A DNA stretch of 63,986 bases, the filler included, from Porpidia crustulata (taxonomy: Eukaryota): the NCBI GenBank assembly GCA_964255105.1. It is 4 parts of 4 records of this genome, joined end to end, with 100 filler letters (N's around TTAATTAATTAA, not from the genome) between each part and the next. Parts side by side here need not be neighbours in the genome. Positions count along the whole stretch, not along the records: positions 16,407 to 32,694 come from CAXUWE010000265.1; positions 32,795 to 49,071 come from CAXUWE010000266.1; 2 more parts are not named here. One strand, 5' to 3'. The translations under genes and the position numbers were made by a program. Positions 28,001 to 39,443 of the stretch are shown one piece after another; position 1 is the first letter of the stretch, and every line of letters starts with the position of its first letter. A model generated the notes under the pieces. The model saw only the letters and a list, made by a program, of their open reading frames with translations, was not told the origin of the DNA and made no database searches.

Positions 28001-29328
28001 GAGTGGGATAGGCGAAACGGACGTCGCGGTATCGAAATTCACCTTCCAATACCTTACCTGGATCTATGCTAGCAAATATTCTGCAATTGTACCTAGAATT
28101 AAGATGCAATTACGGACTGTGACGAAACGTCTGTTGTCAGCAGTCGACTAGTAATGTAATAGTGACAGGACGCGGCGACCAGCCTTACCTCCGTGCCCAA
28201 CGGCCAATAGTTAAGATTAAAGAATGCCGGCAGCTGCATGGGTCATACGAGCTTAATTCCCAGGCGCTGGCACTGGAGCCTAGGTGCCTACTGTGTACGT
28301 GCATCCATTGACCCCTTAAATTGAATCATCCACCACATTGGAAGCATGATCAGATGTTGTTCGCGTGAACCAGACATACATGAAGAGGGTTAGGACTGAC
28401 TCCAGGTACTATTGTGTGGGACCGCTCTGCATACACCTAGAGTACAGCGAGGAGGTATGTAAATAACTTGCTACTATCATGGACCTTGTTGAGGCAGGAA
28501 GGTAGTGTTACTCCGACTCCCTACTGTACAGCACCTAAATAGGTACTTAGTTTAAGATACTCGTAGTTTCTATCGTGTGTACTGTATTTCGTACTGATGG
28601 GATATGATCCCTCGCCATCGTTGGCAGTTGTCACGTCCGCTGCAGCTTCCCTGCTGGCTGCTAGCACGATTCAGTGGACTGGTGTCCTCCGAATACTCCC
28701 CAAATCCTTCCTTCTAATTCCAGGGTCAACGCTCGAGGTACCCGAGCCTTCCACAGTGCAAAAACTGATGCACCAGCCCGCGCAATAAATAAATTAATCC
28801 CAACTTCACTCATTTCTTGCCGACCGTTTTCCGAGTACCGCCATCGACAAGCAACACACTTTGGCCCTATTGGCATTTCACTCGCTCAGCGTTCGCCATA
28901 TCTCAATCAGTTCCCTCGTTTTGTCGCACACTGACTGCTCACTGTACTGTCATTCGGCGGCTGTGCCAGTGGTTGAGGTGTGGCTACCGAATCGAGATTG
29001 GCGCGCAATCCGACCGCCGTTGAAATAATTCGGGACATTCATCCCCATACTGTCGTGAGGCCAGGACAACTAGCACCCACTCCTTGAACTCAGTCAACGC
29101 ACACATCACCGCCATATCCTCACTGTCCTTACTTGGAACCAAAATCCTATCAGATTCCGCAGCACTTGTAGCTGTTTCGGGCGCAATCTTACTCGATGTT
29201 GGTTGTTATATGATCCCGAGTTGGATTTACCATAAAGTACAGAGAGCTGTTCTTCATTGGCATTATAGTCAATTGATTAGTCTCATCTACTTGCCCTCAG
29301 CTCTTACTTGGCTGTACATAGGTATACG

Positions 29329-31983
29329 ATGGCTCCTTCTCCGCCACGGCTACGAATTCTGTCAGGTAAGTCTATAACCCTCGCACTTGCTTCAATTCCT
29401 CTACCTAGTACAAAGCCATCAACGCTTTGTCGAAGGCCGCTCCACGTGGCATTTCCGGCCATTCCCCATGATGGCACCAAAGCTGAGATGTAGTTGCTGT
29501 GTAGTCGGCGGTAACGCGGTTTCAGCGTTCCTTTCATGGAGATTGCAGGCCACCAACGCCTGCGATGTGACATTGGTATGGAAATCTGGCTTTGACGCCG
29601 TTTCGCAGTATGGCATATCATTTAAGTGAGTCACCCAGCTATTTGTCGCTCGAGCAAAAATGTTGACTCGCCTCAGATCCAAGCTCTTTGGCAATGAGCG
29701 TTTTAAACCACGACACGGTCAGTGCAAAGAGCGAAAATCCAGAACAAGAATCGTAAGCTAATATCAGTCTTAGTTGTGAGATCTCCGGAAGACGCGGCAA
29801 ATAGAAAAGCCGCTTTCGACTACGTCCTTCTTTGTGTCAAAGCTTTACCTGATGTCTACGATCTCGCCTCTATCATTGAATCTGTTGTTACGCCCCAACA
29901 TACCTGCATCCTTGTAAACACCACACATACACTCGGGATTGAGTCGCACTTGGAGCAACGGTTCCCGACAAATGTTGTGTTATCGTTAGTCTCTGGAGCA
30001 GAATTAACACAATTAGGGGCAAGCGAATTCGAGCATACTGGGGCTACGGATATCTGGGTTGGTCCGGCAAACAAGAACGCGACCATCCCCGTGGCTATAC
30101 AAAATGATATGGCAGAGGCTTTGGCTATGACTTTGAGCACAGGCCAAGTCGACTGCAAGGTGGCTGTCAACATTAGGCAGCAACAGTATGAGCGTATGAT
30201 AGGGTAAGTGGTGATTGTGCAATTCCACAGAAGATGTGCATTGACCCTTTCTAGTCCTATTGCTTTCCACCCTCCCAGCGTTTTGTTTGAGATTCCTTTA
30301 CACGCCGATTTATTGGAAAAAGTCGGAGTGCGGTCCATGGTCAACGACGTAATAGACGAGCTCCTCGCTGTGGCACGGTCTCAAGGCTGCAGCTTCAACG
30401 ATGATTTCAAAGAGAAAATTATCCAGAATATGACCAAGCCCTCGGAAACTAACAGCATCATGTATCAGGATTACACAGCTAAAAGACCGATGGAAGTCGA
30501 GACTTATCTTGGTTCACCCATTAAACTCGCACAGGAGACTGGGATCAAAGTTCCACGAATTGAAACCCTGTATGCCCTTCTCCATCATTGCAACATTGTC
30601 AATCAGCAACGACCAGCTGTTCCCTCGATACCCCCTCATGCGGCAACAGGACCCACACCACCACCACGATTATCATCCGCCCCTCCCCATCGACCCCCGG
30701 GGAACGGGTCGATAAACGGACATGGAATGAATGGAAATGGAATGCATGGCATGCGAGGAAGAAGGCCCTCGATGGGACCGCCAATGAGAGGAGGACCAAT
30801 GAACGGCTATCCGCCAAGAGGACCCAATGGCTTCAATTCTCGTGGGCCGCCCACAAATCCGCTTTCGAGAAGGCCCTCGTTTGAGGGCAACGATCTCGAG
30901 GAGTTCAGCCACCTTATGCTCTACGACGATGCCATACCGGAAGGAGGGGTAGCCCCTGGGTACAATGATATGAGTAATGGAACAGGCTCTGGAACAGAGC
31001 TGGCAATACGCGAACGGGAATTAAATCTAAGACAAAGAGAACTGCAATTGAGGGAACAGGAGTACAGCATGCGTCGAGGAAGCCGACGACCACCACCGTC
31101 GCATCGAGGAGGATACGACGACGACGATGACGACGACGATGATTTTTTCGACCCTATGGCAGCACGTGGACCGCCGCCGAACGTTGACCCTGAAAACCTC
31201 GACATGATGAGTGTCACATCGCGAAGAAATAGGAAAACGCCTAGCCTCAGTCAAATACGGAAAGATCCAGAAGGGGGTCCAATCGGACGAGGAATGCGCA
31301 ATAGCCACAGCTATGGCCCCAGACCAGGCATGAATCGGAACAGAGTTTCGGCGCAAATGGTGGCGGGTGCCGCAACATTGCACGATCCTCTGATGGATAA
31401 CCCTATGTTAGGATACTCGTCGAACCGTTACGCCGGAGTTGATAGAAAAGCCATCGCGGACGACTCAAGAGCGAACTCATTGACAGCAGCGCGTTTGAGC
31501 GAATTACAAGGCGCCGGCACCACCGCCGGAATGAATGGCGCGTACCCAGTACCACCAGCCAGTCGACGGACAAGTCACTCGCCAGGTAACCCTTTCGGTC
31601 CTGGAGGAAGGGTGAGTGTGAATGGAAGGCCGTCACCACCGCATGACGGATATATGGGGGCACCGGGGGCGATGCCACATGGTGGACCATCGCCTCCGGG
31701 GATGCGTCAGCCTGTACCTCGATACCCTCCTGGGCAGGGTAACGCGGTGGCACCACAACAAGTCGAGCAGCATGCTGGGGTGAGCAACCTTTACCCACCC
31801 AAAGGTCCCGCACAAAAGAATGTACGCAGTCTGACCGGTAGTGCGAGCGCTAGCGCGGGGAGTGGCGATAGCGGAGCCAGCGCTCAATTAGATTCGGAGA
31901 ACTCTGCGCAAAGCAGCCAAAGCAGTCTCGGTCCTCGACGACAGGCATTGGGTATACCACGGGCCCCTATCGGCGTCAGGTGA
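29329..31983 (+). CDS. Ketopantoate reductase (ApbA/PanE)-fold protein, Svl3/Pam1-like, with long Pro/Gly-rich tail
   Basis: RLRILS/VGGNAVSAFLSWRLQATNACDVTLVWKS, FDYVLLCVKALPDVY, SIMYQDY..KRPMEVETYLGSPIKLA; 4 introns. Confidence 0.88.
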
Positions 31984-32694
31984 TTGAGAAGCTTTCACCA
32001 TCCACCACGCCCTACCTTTCAAGACTTCGAACGATCATCTTCCTGGCGACATCCTCCGCCATGCCTTTGGTCCAGCCTAGAGGGCATTTGTTACACACTA
32101 CCTTCGCACCGTACACGCTTTACAACATCGCATACGCAGAAACCTCCTCCCTTCTTCATCAGTAACGGAAAGGTTTCATGGATCTGGAGCTATGGCAAAA
32201 GCTCTGCGCTTTAATGACGGCTAGAGGATTGGGGACGGAGATTCACACAGCATACATCATTTTCATACAACCCACGTTCATTCCTTTTCCGTACATATGC
32301 ACATTACCTTTGTGTTCCTTTCATATGAAATTCGTGGCGTGCTCGAATATAATATGCATTTGAACCTAGCGTTCGGGGCGTTCTTGTATTTTCTTCCAGT
32401 GCTCAAAATTACCCAGCGAGCAACATAGGGAAGGAGACATTTTCTCGGCCGTATTAAGCAGCTTTTGTTACTGGTTTCAGGGGAAGTTAGCTTGGTGTGT
32501 GCTTGAATGGAATGAGAAATATTGCCTCATAGGAACTATAGTAATTGATCGAATGTCGCCTTTTGTTACGTGAAATGGAGTATCTATAGTCGGAGTGTAG
32601 CTGAAGTCGTAGGGAAGTCCTGTCATCGTCCTACTCGAGCGTAATCGCGTATAAACAAACGCGCCCTTTGACAAGCCCCACTACAGTAATACAC

Positions 32695-32794
32695 NNNNNN
32701 NNNNNNNNNNNNNNNNNNNNNNNNNNNNNNNNNNNNNNTTAATTAATTAANNNNNNNNNNNNNNNNNNNNNNNNNNNNNNNNNNNNNNNNNNNN
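32695..32794. other. Artificial contig linker
   Basis: N run + TTAATTAATTAA + N run. Confidence 0.98.
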
Positions 32795-33809
32795 AGACAA
32801 GAACGACGCAACCCCAACGCCTATTACGGCCAACAAGTCCGCTGGTGGCCTTGGAGCCAGCACTAACGCACACGAGTCACCGCGCACCCACTTCCAACCC
32901 AACAATTGGGCGAAGTCCCCGTGGCGGCTTGGACTCAGTCAGGAAAGTGCGAAAATGTTATCTGGGATACTCGAGCGGGGGCAGAACGGGGGGGAAACAG
33001 GGACCAGCAAACGCCCGTGTAAAGTTTCAGCGTGGACAAGCGAGAGGAAGAAAGAATCCAGGCGTTCTGTGGAGTAAATTTTCGTCATTGCATTTCTCGG
33101 CGATTTTTCTTCTTCTTCTTTTCCTTCCTTCAAGCGTTTTGAGCCGATTTTATAGCGGAGCCGGGGGCGGGAAATGCGTGTCCGGCGGAGGTCTGGAAGG
33201 ATAGCTGCCAATTTGCATTGGGGCGTTGTTGTTTTTCCCTTGGAGGGCAAGAGGAAGAGGGTGGGGAAGGGGATGTATTTAGAAAGGGAATTATGATAGT
33301 GTAGGAGTAGGCGCAAGGGGAATGCAATGATATCGAAGGAGAGACCTTAGCGAGGCTATGATGCGTGGAGAGTTGTGTACGAAAAGAGTGTAAAACAATG
33401 ACTCGAGATATCGTGTGAGAAACATGTAACTTTGTGGCATGCGAATTTGAAGACACTGGGCCGCCTTCCGATTTCCACAGCTCAGACACCACTCTCCAAA
33501 CTCAAAAGACGAACTCCAAATTTGCTGGTGTGCAAGATAGATACCTACAGTTGCCTCGGCCGCAGATCGAGCTCCGCGCCTGTCGCCATTAGGAAGCCCG
33601 TCTACCATGCCCATCCAACGACCGCAACAGACTGAGTGAAAAAAAAGACAAGATACGAGCTCCTCTAAACGCAAGCAATTTGCTGAACCTTACAAAGAAG
33701 AAACACGGGCTCCCTGTACCGTGCTCGAAACCCGAAGACGGACTGACCACCCCCATGCTCTCGTCACCGTGTGCTTACTGCCGCCCATCGCGCCCCGACG
33801 ATTTCATCT

Positions 33810-34769
33810 CTAACAGCATCCACCAGCCGAGCCTGACTGTACACCTTGACCTTGGCCGACTTGGACTGTGGGTTTATTGTTGACGGTCGTGGTGCCCATT
33901 CGCTCTTTGATTTGGCGTGCCATGGTTAGGAAGGCTTGCTCGACGTTTGAGGCGTTTTTGGCGGAGGTTTCTAGGAAGGGGATGCCCAGGCTGTCGGCAA
34001 ATTCCTAAGATAGCGGAATCAGTATCGACTTGGGCTCTGGAGCTAGAGATAAGCGGATCAAAACTCAGCACACCTTTGCAACCGTGTACTCGACGACCTT
34101 TTTATCCGACATATCGCTCTTGTTTCCCACAAGTAGCTTGTTCACGCCTTCGGTCGCGTACCTATCGATTTCTTGCAGCCATTGTTTGACATTGTTGAAC
34201 GAGTCCATATCTGTTACATCATAGACAACGCAGATGCCATGAGCACCTCGGTAGTAGGAGGATGTGATTGTGCGGAATCGTTCTTGTCCTGCGGTATCCC
34301 ACTATCATTCAGGTCAGTTTCTACTGTTCGATCGAGTTACAGTAGTAAGAGCTCACAATTTGAAGTTTTACTGTCTTGCCGTCAAGTTCGATCGTTCGGA
34401 TTTTCTAGGAATTTATTAGCGGAACCGTTGCAAGGCTCGTAGCGAGGACATCCCTTACAAAGTCGACACCGATCGTAGAAATGTAGCTCTCGGTGTATGT
34501 ATCATCGGCGAATCGTAAAAGCAGGCAAGACTTCCCAACTCCGGAGTCACCGATAAGGAGGAGTTTGAAGAGGTAGTCGTACCTAAGGCAAAGGGCGCTC
34601 AGCAAACGTCACCCTCACATAAACTGTTCAGCTATCCAGCTGAGAGGAGAGATAGAGCTCGCTACGACGTTGCAATAGAATTCTAGCATTAGTACTCTGT
34701 AAAAGGTAATATGTCAGTGGCTCGCTATGCTCTTCAGCCATGGGAGGCAGCGTACTACTCTGGATTCAT
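33810..34769 (-). CDS. ypt1: Rab1/Ypt1 GTPase (ER-to-Golgi traffic)
   Basis: [79 protein letters not shown]-terminal GGCC prenylation motif. Confidence 0.98.
34583..34758 (-). other. Putative [D3,4] stwintron: 59-nt internal intron (34755-34697) interrupting the donor GTA|AGT of a 117-nt external intron
   Basis: Minus strand reads ATGAATCCAGA | GTA [GTACGC...CACTGAC...TTTTACAG] AGTACT...GCTGAG...CCTTAG | GTACGACTAC; removing the internal intron creates GTAAGT, and the second splice restores MNPEYDY. Confidence 0.75.
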
Positions 34770-36019
34770 CGTGAGAGGTGAAGGGGTTCTCAGAGTTCAA
34801 GATAGGTAATAAAGAGGAACGATCGAAGACAGTTGATGAGGCTCAATATGGTGTTTTTTCTTTGTTGTGTGAGGAAGACGAAGTTAATGGAGTATCACGA
34901 TGTCCAAACAGTCGAGGAATACTTCCTAAATCGTAAATAGCCTAGCGGCAAAGCTGACTACTCGCAGGTGAAGATCCTGTCACTTCGATCCCGTGACTAT
35001 ATCACGAATCCATTTTGTCTCTGCTATGTCTTGACAAGAGGTCGTCGCTCGCACACAATCATCCATCGTTGATACCGCATGACGCCTATGATAGAATTCT
35101 TTGCTCATATGCAAACAACGACGATAGACATCGTGCGGCTCTTGATAGTGATGAAAACCCGCCACATTGGAATTATCACATGAGTAAAGTATCTAGAGCT
35201 TACGTATCCAAGTACGCGATCAGCATGGCTTAGTCCAGACGAAATACCGAGAATTTGAAAAGCTGGGCAGTCATGATCCCAATGTCACCTCTCATCTTTG
35301 ACGTCCCAATGTGACGGTGGTAAATGAATATACACAGAGGAACTTTTGTACTATGAAATCTAGTCTCGATATCGGCCTAAGGCCAATTAACAGTACATGA
35401 TGTTTAATCGTCAGGTTCCACTCATTTCCTGTGCTCTGATATGTTGCTCACACGAAGCCTTCGCTAAAACACAGAATCCTAGTAAAATACAGATATATGA
35501 CATGTTAACGCAGAGAAATTAGAGCTGTCACCCTGTAAGTAGCGCTGAACCCCAAGTGGGTGCTCTGGGCTATTCCTGACTTGACAAGCCTCTTTTATGT
35601 CTGCCGCGACCTTTCCAAAGACCCCGGGGGCACGAAGGCCTATGCTTGAAGAGCTAGGTCAAAGAGTCTCGTCTAGAAACGAGTATGATGATTTAGAATG
35701 TGATAAATTGGAATGAATGTCACCGTGAAGAGAAGACCTAAGTGTATGCCAAGTTGAGGAGCTGCTGTGGCCTCGAATTTCCGCAGTGTCTGGAAAATTG
35801 AGCCGCAGTGGCGAACAGCGAGCTATAGCAAGTGCTCTTGGTAATGTATAATAGCGAGGCCATATCAGCGACATATGTGTTATCCCGGTTTCAGGTAGCC
35901 CAGGCCAATTATGAACTCCAATGCCGAATGAGGTTTGACCAAACAAGTATTGAGAGGATCCGAATTTACGTCGAGTAGCCAGAAGCAAAGGACCCTACAG
36001 CGTAACCCTTAATGATTGC

Positions 36020-38798
36020 CTAACGATAAGCTCCGCCAAAGCGAGGTACATTTGTTTGGGCGCTCGGAAATCGATTGGCAGGAACTCCCACACCGGGGCC
36101 GGGATGGGTTGCGTAAGCTGGGTTACAGCACAGCATGCCGACACGAGAACCGAACTTCGAGCCACGGAGAGACACCATGTGTTTACTGCAGTCCGTAAGC
36201 AAGATATCTGCGTTCATAGGGACAGAAAGTGCACCTACCGAATATGGGATGCGACAATGTCACGATGGGTTGGGTTCGCATGGGTGAGTATGTACTGGAT
36301 CAGGTAATTTCCATATTGGTCGCTGGCAACTACAGAGGGATTAGTACAGCTAACAGTTTAGACACGGAAACGGCTTACTGTCGATGAGAGGGATGCGGGG
36401 ACGGTCAGCACGTCCCTCGCAAACACGCTCGAGATACCGCTCCAAAAAATCTGCATTGCCAATCTTGAGGCACTTCTCGACTACCTTAGACGCAAATTGA
36501 TCCATACTATACTCGGTCGCATATCGAAGGACATGGTCAACGGCGCGACTCCGATCTTGGGGCGCTCCATGTTCGCAGATATGTTGAATGCACCAATTTC
36601 CGAACTGGCCATGAGCGACAATATCAATACTTGCGAGAACTTCGTTGATGCAGGGACGCTGTTATGATTGTCAAGCCTATTAGCTTCCATTACTGTAGGC
36701 TGAGACGATTCCACAAACCTTGTCTTCTTCGAGGCAATTTTCGAAGATATTCTGCACGACCAAGCTACCAGTCTCACCAAGGGCGACGTCATGCCACATC
36801 CCCGCCAATGCCTCGTTGACGTACTTCATGATCTGTGGCGGAGAGTCACTCCAGCGTAGCTCGAATAATTTCTGCCACACATGGCAAGCATAGCGATGAA
36901 TGACTGTTTCTGGGATTCGTCGTAGAAGTTCATGAACCATAATGGCTTTGTAATCCTCTGGAACGGCATCGAAAGCCTTTTGGACAACATGACAGCCAAA
37001 AGCATCCATACTGAGGCTTAAGGTGTTTCCTCGGATAGCGTTAGCAATGGCGATGACCTGCTCGGGTGTGCCGTGCTCGAAGCATCGTTGCACGAGGAAG
37101 TTCCCAAAGCGATTGACCATCAATGGATAAGCCTGAGCAACAATGGCCTCGATGATCTCGTATTTATGCTCAACAGTACCGATTTTGAGCTTTTGTTGTA
37201 GAAAGATTGAAGCTTGCTGGTCGTTGTTGCACACAATCTTATCAACAATATACTTCCAGTTGCATGTAACAGTTCGATCAAGAAGACGACGGTAATTGAG
37301 AGGCTCCATCGGTGAAACGTAAGTTTGCCCTGGCGATGATGGTGGCTGCAATCTCTCAGTTTCTCGGATGACAAATATATGAAGATGACTCACAGCTGCA
37401 TTCCAAGGATTGACGGATGACTGGCTCGTCGTAAACTCTTCCGCTGTAGGAGAAAGAGGTGTACCAATGGGTCGCGGCTGATACGGCATCGAAGCTGGAT
37501 ACATACCAGCGGACTGGTAAGCTGTACTGGGACCCATTCCAAGATTTATGCCTTCTACGCCTCCAACACCACCGGTGTACATGTCCCAGCCATTGTTGCG
37601 GGGTTGTGGATAGAACGAGGTAGCACGGTTACCATGCGTGTTGGGCCGACAAAGGCCAACGCCAGAACTGGGTTGGAAATGGCCATATTCATTCAAGCCA
37701 CGAGCATCGCTACCAGACGCAGGAGATGCGGGTCCAGAGTATGTCCGCTGTTGCTGCAAGTGTTGAGGCTGCGGCAGCATGGGTGCTGGCAAAGCAGTGC
37801 CTAGAACGCGATGATTCCAAGGACGAGCACCTGGTTGTCCCCAATTCGTACTGGCTTGCGGATAGTTAACACCAGGGATGGTGGAATTCATGTTGGCTCT
37901 AGATGATGGAGACCATATATTGCTGGGGTTATAAGTCCCAGTAGACATGGCGTCCGATATGTCAGACTGAGCGTCGTCGTTGATACGCCAGCTGTCTTGA
38001 CGACTGCTCTTGAAACGGCCTGAGGGACTGAAGAGATTTTGCTTGTCGGTCTTATAGGCAGGACTTACAATAGTAGTAACGGGTTTCTTGCTTACACGTG
38101 TCTGGTCAAGCTGTTCCTGCTGGCGTGCAATCTGGTTATTGGCAGCATCAAGCTCTTTCTTCAAGCGAGCCATCTCGCCTGCGCCAATCTCAAGGGGTTC
38201 TTCCATTTTCTTACTTTCAGAGCTGTGTTCGTCGGTCAAAGACTCTGAAGCAGGTGTCAAGAGGACCGAGCTTGTGGAAGATTCGCCATTTCCGATGGCG
38301 CTGTCCTTGTCATCTTGAGCTGAAACTTCGTTCTTCTGTTTCTCCAACAACGCTTGCTGTTCGGAAAGCTTGGCGAGCAAAGTGTCCATCGTGGCAGACG
38401 GCATCTCGCCTTTATGGGTGGAAGCGGAGTGATTGATTTTTAACTTCTATCACCATCAACGAAGTCCAAATCTACGAAGAATGATTGTGCCTAGCAAACC
38501 TTGTAAGCAGAAGCTGCTTGACTACCCGACTGGGCCTGTGCGTTTCCCATCTTAGAGGTCATTAAGGGAGATGGACCATCATTAGACGCAATGGCATGCT
38601 TGGTGCTCTATGTACGGTCAGTGGTTAATCTGATCTCTAACTTTGTATCCACGTTAGGTACTGGGTTTGACATACAGAGCTGACCTGACGCGTGGTGGCG
38701 GCAGTATTCTGACTACCATCCTTGTCTTCATGAATAACAAATCTAGATGCTGGACGAGAACGAGCCGCCGGAGATCCATCCGAAGGAAGTGCCGACAT
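36020..38798 (-). CDS. Pumilio/PUF-family RNA-binding protein
   Basis: Puf repeats NNDQQASIFLQQKLK, MVNRFGNFLVQRCFE, SMDAFGCHVVQKAFD, HRYACHVWQKLFE, ASDQYGNYLIQYIL, LRGSKFGSRV; the start exon is less certain. Confidence 0.92.
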
Positions 38799-39443
38799 GT
38801 CGTAGAAACAGGCCCGTGTGACTCGCAATGTAGTGTTGTTGTGGTGCAAGACCGAGTGCCAGATGCGCCGGTAGAGACGCCTCAGATGCAGTAAATGCAC
38901 AATGTCTCCAAAAGTTCAGAGCAAGGATTGATTCGGACTAGATTGTGGCAATGATGAACAGATGCAGAAGTGTGAAGAGATGGAAGAGAAGAATTGATAA
39001 ATGTTGGCAATGACCTAGATGACAAGCTTGCATCCAGGTGGGAAGGAACGTGCTAGGTACAACTCTTATTTCGAATGAGAGGCAAGAGCTTTCCAACTCA
39101 AAGATTGCGGGGGAGGTGAGGCTCTTGCAAATAATGTTGCGTATGAGGAAGAAGACTGCAAGGTGCAAGATGTAGAAGTGAGAAAGATTGAGGAGGATTA
39201 GGAAGTGTTGTGTTTATTGATGAAGGCCAGACTGTTGCCCCAGATTGTCGCGTATCTGGAAGCATTACTAGTGAATAATAACGCCAGATCTTGATTGACA
39301 CCTAAAAAAACGTGTAGAGATCGTACCTGCTTTACGTAGAGTACGGTATGATACTGGCAGATGGAGGTGGTGGAGGGCTTTGGTTAAGTTACCTACGAAT
39401 TATATCGTCTATCATCTATTCGAGATCGGATTGGGCCTATCCT

